Source of the DNA: a virus
Lineage: Duplodnaviria > Caudoviricetes
Strand: one strand, 5' to 3'
Virus record (IMG/VR): IMGVR_UViG_3300049138_000099
Span: 1 to 30,866 of that record
DNA: 30,866 nucleotides
Made by a program: the position numbers and the translations under genes. Under the pieces are notes generated by a model. It made no database searches. It was given only the letters and a program-made list of their open reading frames with translations, and was not told the DNA's origin. Below are positions 25,452 through 30,866 of this stretch, piece after piece (position 1 is the first letter of the stretch; each line of letters starts with the position of its first letter).

Positions 25452-26237
25452 GTGAATCAAACTGACCGCGATCGATACCAGCAGGTCGCTGAAGATCTAC
25501 GCCGCCGAATCGATGCGGCAGAGTTCAAGGTTGGAGAGAGGCTTCCGGCCATCCCGGCGATCGCAGAGGCGTACGGCGTCGCCCGGAACACCGCGCACGA
25601 CGCGGTGCGCATGCTCGCGCAGTGGGGCCTGGTCATCTCCAAGAGCGGATCAGGCACCTACGTCAGGGCACGGCCGGGAGTCCGTCGCCTGATCCGCTGC
25701 TACGACCGAGCCCGCCAGGAGGACGTCCCGATCACACATGGGCTCGACGCGGAGACTCGCCGGCAGGGAAACCGCAGTTACACCTCGCAGAGCATCTACG
25801 GCCCCGTGGAAGTGCGGGCCCGCCTCGGCTTGGGCGAACCAGATCTCGAAGATCGTCCGGATGTGATGCAGACCGAGTATCTGCACGAGGTCGAGGACGA
25901 GCCCGCCATGCTCGTGACGAGCTGGGAACGGTTGACACTCACGCGGGGCACTCCCATCGTCCTCCCGGAGGAGGGCCCCTACGCGGGACGCGGGGTCCTC
26001 GAGCGCCTGGCGGCTATCGGAGTCGCCGTCGACAGTACGAGCGAGGTCGTGGGCGCCCGCGCGGTCACCCCCGAGGAAGGCGTGAAGCTCCAGCTACCGC
26101 CGGGAGCGGTCGCGCTCACGATTCGCCGGACCTTCCGCGCCGGCGATGGCCCCGTCGAGACGGCCGACTACGTCCTGCCAGCGGACCAGATCGAGCTGGC
26201 GTACGCATGGCACATGGACCAGCCCGCGCGGGACTAG
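25452..26237 (+). CDS. GntR (HutC/KorSA-type) regulator with UTRA domain, 261 aa
   Basis: YQQVAEDLRRRI, GERLP, YGVARNT and GSGTYV wHTH; UTRA-like C-terminus (LTIRRTF...PVETADYV). Confidence 0.92.
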   Translation: MNQTDRDRYQQVAEDLRRRIDAAEFKVGERLPAIPAIAEAYGVARNTAHDAVRMLAQWGLVISKSGSGTYVRARPGVRRLIRCYDRARQEDVPITHGLDAETRRQGNRSYTSQSIYGPVEVRARLGLGEPDLEDRPDVMQTEYLHEVEDEPAMLVTSWERLTLTRGTPIVLPEEGPYAGRGVLERLAAIGVAVDSTSEVVGARAVTPEEGVKLQLPPGAVALTIRRTFRAGDGPVETADYVLPADQIELAYAWHMDQPARD

Positions 26238-26406
26238 GATCCTGCGCAGGCTCCCACTCAGGGGGGACGCTCAGGGATGGGTAGACCAGCCCCCGCCCGT
26301 GGCGGCAGTGCTGGCGAGCGGCTACGGCTCAGATGTGGCTCCCTGTTCCCCCGCCACGAATAGGCCTCGGCACTGATCCACGGATGGGTGCCGAGGCCGC
26401 TCGCGT

Positions 26407-26847
26407 TCAGCGGCACGTGAGTTCGAGGGTGGTGGCCACGAGCCCGATCTCCACCGCGTGCAGCAGCTGCTCGTCGCTGCCGGGATCGGCGTTGATCCAC
26501 TTCCCCATGACCTCGCGGGCGCCCGCCGCCGCCTGGCGCAGCTTTGGTCCCGCACTGTCTTCGAGCCGGCGCAGCGACCAATGCCAGCCGCTGACGTCGT
26601 CCGGATCGAGCTCGGTCCGCGTCTTGGCGTCGAACGCTCCTCGCTCGTCGTAGCGGCCGATGCCCTGCAGGACGTCGTCAAGTTCGGGAGAAGAGCAGGC
26701 CGGGTCGGCGTCGGAGGCCGCCTGCGTGGTGGCGGCCGCCGGCGAGCTCGGCGGAGTGCTAGGTGCGGCCGCTGGTGCAGGCGTGCCTGCGCACCCGGTG
26801 GATAAGAGCACCGCGGCGGCCGCGGTGGCGAGCGTGAGAGAGCGCAT
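26407..26847 (-). CDS. Putative lipoprotein, 146 aa
   Basis: Signal peptide with lipobox LLSTGC, Pro/Ala/Ser linker, helical domain with two Cys. Confidence 0.75.
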   Translation of the reverse strand: MRSLTLATAAAAVLLSTGCAGTPAPAAAPSTPPSSPAAATTQAASDADPACSSPELDDVLQGIGRYDERGAFDAKTRTELDPDDVSGWHWSLRRLEDSAGPKLRQAAAGAREVMGKWINADPGSDEQLLHAVEIGLVATTLELTCR

Positions 26848-27058
26848 GGTGTGACTCCGGAGACGGGGGATGCCGACGAGAGTGGACGCGCACGCTCAGC
26901 CTCCGGAGTACCGGCCGTGGGGTTCGGGGAGAATCGGGGGAGAGGCGATCTTGAGCGAGAATGAGCGAAACGAAGCGAGTCGAAGCGAAACACGCTCAGA
27001 TTTACCGTCTGACCAGGTCATTCCTTGATCGCCCTGGTCAGCGGTTTTGTCGGACCTG

Positions 27059-27102
27059 GTTCGGGACGAAGAGGTCGTGGGTTCAAATCCCGCCACCCCG
27101 AC
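27059..27102 (+). other. attP common core: 3' half of tRNA-Pro(CGG), not a complete tRNA
   Basis: GTTCGGGACGAAGAGGTCGTGGGTTCAAATCCCGCCACCCCGAC covers anticodon loop, T-arm and 3' acceptor strand; 5' half absent; adjacent to the int 3' end. Confidence 0.92.
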
Positions 27103-27121
27103 GCCGTAGTAGCAGTTCAGG

Positions 27122-27153
27122 AGGCCGTCTCCCCTAGCGGGAGGCGGCCTTTC
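27122..27153 (+). terminator. Terminator hairpin downstream of the tRNA core, overlapping the int stop codon
   Basis: AGGCCGTCTCCC-CTAGC-GGGAGGCGGCCT-TTC. Confidence 0.75.
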
Positions 27154-28729
27154 TGATCGTTTGGGGAGAAAGCGGGGAGACGATCTTCGTGACGTTCCCC
27201 TCCCGCCACGGAGCCATCGCCGCGTCCAGCGCAGGAACCGGCGAACGCGGGTGGATCTCGAAGCGGTCGGCGATCGCTTGCTCCCACAGACCCTCCAGGA
27301 GGTCCAGGAGCTCGGCCACCATCCCCTCGGTGACGTGCCCGTAGAGGCCGCTCATCGACCGGTCCTCGTGGCCCATCCGCTCCACCTTCAGCGCCTTCTT
27401 GATGTTGCCGTCGTCCATCCACGTCTGGTGCCCGTGACGCAGTCCGTGAGGCGTCAGGCCCGGCCTGATCGGCAGCCAGGTGACGATCTGCCGGCACCGC
27501 TCGCCGTCCTCGCCGTCCCCGGGGAGCCAGCGCCACTGGCCGCGACGGCGCGGCATCTCCCACTCGGCCGGGTCCGGGTAGGACCACTCCCCCGGCGGCC
27601 GCGCCGCATACGGCCACGCGGGCCGCAGCGGCCGCCCCGGGAACGGCGTCTCGCGCTCCTGATCCGTCCAGGTGCCGCCGCCCACCTGAGCGATGACCGG
27701 CCGCGGCGGCCGCGGCCACCGCTTCTCGGCCTTGCCCGGGTGCACGCCGTCGGCCGCCGGCCGCATCACGCTGCCGGAGAATCCGCCGCGGCCGTAGTGG
27801 GCTCCCTCGCCGGTGAGGAAAAGCAGCCGCCGCCGGCCGGTACACCATTCCACGGCCTCTTCGCCGTCGACCCGTGGCAACTCCTCGTCCCGGCCCGTGC
27901 AACTGCACCACTGGGCACGCTGGGCCAGATCGGCGAGCAACGCGCGCAGGAACGGCGGCAGGTGGATCGTGCGCAGGCTCCCGTCCTTCGGGTGCCCCCA
28001 GTACATGCCGCCCAGCTCATACAGCTTCCACTCGACGTGCAGCCGCCCGTCCTTCAGCAGGGCGTCCGGCGTGAGCGCCAGGAGCTCGCTCCAGCGCAGC
28101 CCCGTCCACCCCTTGGTGACCAGCTTCGTGAACACGTCCGGGTTGCCGGCCAGCATCGCGGCGCGCTCGGCGATGAGCACCACCTCCACCGGGGTCGACC
28201 ACGCCTTGGCCGCCTGCTGGATCCGCTCGATACGCCGCAGGCCTTTACGGCCCTTGCCGCGCCGGCGCGCGGCCGGGTTGTACGGGATGTGGGTCGGTAC
28301 GGCGTCGCCCAAGACGTTGACCAGCAGCCGGCGAGCGTCCTGGGCAGTGCGCAGCGCGTACCCGGCCCGCACGATCGACCGCTCCCACGGCGCGATCATC
28401 TCCGGCGCGATCTGGTCCAGCGGGACGTCACGCCACCGGGGCAGCACGTGGCCCTGCAACATGTTGCGGTAGTTCCGCATCGTGGACGGTTCCAGGTCCA
28501 GCCCCGCGTACCAGAGCTCGGCCCACTCCCCGAAGGTGATCGCCCCGGCGTTCGGATCGATCCAAAGGCCGCGCTTGATGAGCGATTCCTGATAGCGGCC
28601 GTACTCCATCGCGTCGTCGTGGGAGTCGAACCGCTGTCCCTGGTCGTCGCGGGAAGCGGGGACGTACTTGCCCTCGGGTCCCTTGTATCTGACCCGGATG
28701 ATGCCTCGGTGGTCCTCGGTGTACGGCAT
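27134..28729 (-). CDS. int: Tyrosine integrase, 531 aa
   Basis: TFGEWAELW/ST..NY core-binding domain; TGLRWSEL, PKDG, HGLRH, MGH and LYGH catalytic motifs; beside attP. Confidence 0.95.
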   Translation of the reverse strand: MPYTEDHRGIIRVRYKGPEGKYVPASRDDQGQRFDSHDDAMEYGRYQESLIKRGLWIDPNAGAITFGEWAELWYAGLDLEPSTMRNYRNMLQGHVLPRWRDVPLDQIAPEMIAPWERSIVRAGYALRTAQDARRLLVNVLGDAVPTHIPYNPAARRRGKGRKGLRRIERIQQAAKAWSTPVEVVLIAERAAMLAGNPDVFTKLVTKGWTGLRWSELLALTPDALLKDGRLHVEWKLYELGGMYWGHPKDGSLRTIHLPPFLRALLADLAQRAQWCSCTGRDEELPRVDGEEAVEWCTGRRRLLFLTGEGAHYGRGGFSGSVMRPAADGVHPGKAEKRWPRPPRPVIAQVGGGTWTDQERETPFPGRPLRPAWPYAARPPGEWSYPDPAEWEMPRRRGQWRWLPGDGEDGERCRQIVTWLPIRPGLTPHGLRHGHQTWMDDGNIKKALKVERMGHEDRSMSGLYGHVTEGMVAELLDLLEGLWEQAIADRFEIHPRSPVPALDAAMAPWREGNVTKIVSPLSPQTIRKAASR

Positions 28730-28745
28730 CGCGTACAGGCTCCAA

Positions 28746-29123
28746 TCAGCTGCCCTTGGGTGGGTCGTACCAGCGCATCGTCTCGGTCCCCAACAGCTCC
28801 AGGCCTCGCGCCACCTCGGCGGTGAGCAGTTGTCTGGGGATGGGGACGACGATGCCGGATGGTGTGATCGTAGGCACGATCCGTTCGGTGTCCACGTCGT
28901 CTCGGAGGTCGAGCCGGACAGGCCCCCAGGGATCCTTCAGTGGCTCTGTCCGGGGTGTCAGCCCGGCGACGATAGCTGTGCTGACGGTCGAGAGTGTGGT
29001 GATCAGCCGTGGTGAGATCTCCTTCTCGACGACCAGGACATGTGTCGTAGTCCCCCGCATACAAACCGCGACGGAGCCGACGAAGGAGGAGGTGACGGTG
29101 ATGTATTGAGCGTCATTGCTCAC
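28746..29123 (-). CDS. Hypothetical protein between repressor and integrase, 125 aa
   Basis: AAAGG RBS-like sequence; co-oriented with repressor and int; no HEXXH motif. Confidence 0.6.
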   Translation of the reverse strand: MSNDAQYITVTSSFVGSVAVCMRGTTTHVLVVEKEISPRLITTLSTVSTAIVAGLTPRTEPLKDPWGPVRLDLRDDVDTERIVPTITPSGIVVPIPRQLLTAEVARGLELLGTETMRWYDPPKGS

Positions 29124-29297
29124 GAGTGGTGCCTTTCGGGTCTTGCGGGCCGTACAGGTGCTAGTGGGGCGTACGTACCTTTCGGACCCTTACACGCCAG
29201 TTGGCGTCACGTCATGTAGCCGACCCCCTACAGGGGGACAAATCGGGCAGAAGTGCTGGTGCGGATACAGGAATCTCACCTGGCAGCAAGGCCGCTG

Positions 29298-29759
29298 TCA
29301 CGGTGCGCCTTCTTGACTTCGCTGGTCAAGATACTTTGCAAGCTCCTCGGCCTGGCGCCGCACGTGTTCCCGATCCTCGTCTGACAGCCCTGGTGGCACC
29401 GCCAGCAGCATCGTGCCGCGGCCCACTTCCACCTCCATGGCCTCAAGGTTCCCTCCGTACATCTCGCGGAGGATCTCTGCAGCCTCGGAGGCGTTCTCCC
29501 GTCCCAGACGCTCAAGGTCTTCAGGCTCCAATCCGACCGCATGCGCCATATGCGCCAGCGTCGTCGGAGTGGCCTCGACCGGCACGGCCGGCTTTCCTTT
29601 CCCCGTTGTTCTATAGCCGCGCTCGACGTTCCCCCATGTCTCTGCACTGATCCCGGCGCGCCTCGCCGCTTCATCGACCGGCAATCTCGGCCGCAAGCTT
29701 CCTCGAACACGCCGGATCAGAGTCCCCTCAGGCGTTGCTTTCGGCAGGTCCCTCGCCAC
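29298..29759 (-). CDS. Immunity repressor, XRE-family HTH, 153 aa
   Basis: EAARRAGISAETWGNVERG HTH; GGAGG RBS; divergent from the cro-like gene. Confidence 0.85.
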   Translation of the reverse strand: MARDLPKATPEGTLIRRVRGSLRPRLPVDEAARRAGISAETWGNVERGYRTTGKGKPAVPVEATPTTLAHMAHAVGLEPEDLERLGRENASEAAEILREMYGGNLEAMEVEVGRGTMLLAVPPGLSDEDREHVRRQAEELAKYLDQRSQEGAP

Positions 29760-29854
29760 GGCCCGCCCCTCCAGTCATGTAGAGGAATGTGCAGTCAAGT
29801 ACAGGAAACTACAGGCGCCCAGCAAGAATGCGCTGCTCACCCCCGGTTTTTCAG

Positions 29855-29920
29855 GAGGATTAGAGAGGATTAAAGATGAATCTCTTGTAATTTTCTTTAA
29901 TCATCTGTACTTTCGGCTTC
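29855..29920 (+). promoter_or_regulatory. Early lytic promoter/operator of the genetic switch
   Basis: TTGTAA (29885-29890)-17 bp-TACTTT (29908-29913); inverted repeat GATTAAAGA/TCTTTAATC (29868-29902); direct repeat GAGGATTA x2. Confidence 0.7.
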
Positions 29921-30154
29921 ATGACAGTCACCGCTCATACCGGGCGAGGCGCCTTAGTGATCCCCGAGGAGATCCGAAGACGTCGTATCGCCAAAGGCTT
30001 GCATCAGGTCGAACTCGCAGATCAGGTGGGCATCGGGCAGAGCTACGTCTCGCGTATCGAGAACGGCGACGGCGCGGCCAGCGTGGGAGTCAAGGTCCTG
30101 CACGGACTCGCCGAGGCCCTTGAGTGCGACATCGCGGAGCTGATGGTCCAGTGA
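29921..30154 (+). CDS. Cro-like XRE HTH protein, 77 aa
   Basis: GLHQVELADQVGIGQSYVSRIENG HTH; divergent from the repressor. Confidence 0.88.
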   Translation: MTVTAHTGRGALVIPEEIRRRRIAKGLHQVELADQVGIGQSYVSRIENGDGAASVGVKVLHGLAEALECDIAELMVQ

Positions 30155-30492
30155 CCGCCACGCCCGACGTGCCGTCCTACAGGCTCTTCACCAGCGAGCA
30201 GGCGGCTGAGCGTGCCGGCGGCGATCTGACGAAGGCCACGTTCGACAGGTGGGCTCGGTCGGGCGAGGTCGAGTACACCGACCCAGGCCGCCGGATCCTC
30301 TGGACGGACGCGCAGATAGCGGCCGCCATCGCCCACTTCGCCACCCGCCCCGGCGAGGTGGCGAAGGCCTCGCCGGGCGACCGCGCCTCCTCCAGGCGGA
30401 GCGGGCCTACGGCCGGCACGCGGTCCCGCCACGACATCGCACCGCTGGAATCCCGGCCCGGCAGCCGCTATGCGGCCGCCGGCTCCTCCTGA
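30151..30492 (+). CDS. Excisionase-like (MerR/AlpA-type wHTH) DNA-binding protein, 113 aa
   Basis: GTGA overlap; LFTSEQAAE...TFDRWAR.G...GRRILWT pattern; position after cro. Confidence 0.7.
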   Translation: MTATPDVPSYRLFTSEQAAERAGGDLTKATFDRWARSGEVEYTDPGRRILWTDAQIAAAIAHFATRPGEVAKASPGDRASSRRSGPTAGTRSRHDIAPLESRPGSRYAAAGSS

Positions 30493-30506
30493 TCTTGGAG
30501 ACACGT

Positions 30507-30836
30507 ATGCCTGTCCCGCCGTTGGACGACCCGCAGCCCGTGCGGACCGTCGAGGTGCGTCCGCGTACCTACCGCCACCCCACCCCCGAGCATGACGACG
30601 TCGTCGTCGACATGGCCGGCGCAGGTGACCCGGTCACCGTCGCGCTGGAGCGGGGGTCCTTCGGCTCGGCCCGGGTGCTCGGCCTCTCTTACGAGGAGGC
30701 GTGGGCACTGTGGGCCTGCCTGGGTGACGGGCTCAGCCGCATCGCCGGCCAGCCGCCCGAGTGGGTGGCCGAGTCGATTGTCCCGACCGACCCCGACGGC
30801 AACCCACTCCCCGAGCTGCCCGCCCGCCCGTTCTAG
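30507..30836 (+). CDS. Hypothetical early protein, 109 aa
   Basis: GGAG RBS before ATG 30507; continues the early operon. Confidence 0.65.
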   Translation: MPVPPLDDPQPVRTVEVRPRTYRHPTPEHDDVVVDMAGAGDPVTVALERGSFGSARVLGLSYEEAWALWACLGDGLSRIAGQPPEWVAESIVPTDPDGNPLPELPARPF

Positions 30837-30866
30837 GGCCGGACAGCGTACCGGCCCCCTCCGACA

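Larger units (their letters stand above)
26926..27180. repeat. attP arm-type and accessory repeats
   Basis: GGGGAGAA-NNN-GGGGAGA at 26926-26943 and 27163-27180; GCGA five times at an exact 10-bp period (26945-26988); inverted repeat CTGACCAGG/CCTGGTCAG at 27009-27041. Confidence 0.75.
1..30866. mobile_element. Temperate actinobacterial siphovirus genome segment (packaging-head-tail-lysis-accessory-attP/int-repressor/cro-xis)
   Basis: Canonical gene order, recognisable terL/portal/MCP/tape measure/amidase/tyrosine integrase motifs, very high GC, actinobacterial tRNA-Pro att core. Confidence 0.97.

Noticed and set aside
26896-27096. 66-aa ORF MAGFEPTTSSSRT...
   Set aside because: Typical antisense translation of a tRNA T-arm; overlaps attP
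27059-27102. Complete tRNA-Pro gene
   Set aside because: The 5' acceptor strand and D-arm are missing; this is the att core only
27161-28825. 554-aa plus-strand ORF opposite the integrase
   Set aside because: Shadow ORF from high-GC codon bias; Arg/Pro-rich with no motifs
29298-29759. Integration-dependent immunity (attP inside the repressor gene)
   Set aside because: attP lies downstream of int, more than 2 kb from the repressor

Overview
High-GC actinobacterial temperate siphophage DNA. It runs from the small terminase (position 5) through the head, neck, tail, lysis, accessory, attP/integrase and immunity modules, and ends in the early genes. No replication genes are in the window. The att site (3' half of tRNA-Pro(CGG), 27059-27102) has phage genes on both sides, so it looks like an intact attP from an excised or virion genome. 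The strongest novel signal is the minor head (MuF/VG15-like) gene at 3734-5536. It carries a C-terminal HipA/PI3-4-kinase-like domain with all catalytic motifs intact and is translationally coupled to a 76-aa orphan gene, which suggests a virion-associated kinase toxin/immunity pair. Other notable features are: an array of GCGAY-loop hairpins over the scaffold start codon; a Thr-rich domain inserted in the major capsid protein; a canonical -1 frameshift in the tail chaperone; paralogous extra N-terminal domains on the Dit and hub proteins; and an ICE-like accessory cassette (GntR, degenerate RsbW-like ATPase, DUF2637). All family calls come from motif recognition and gene order, not database searches.
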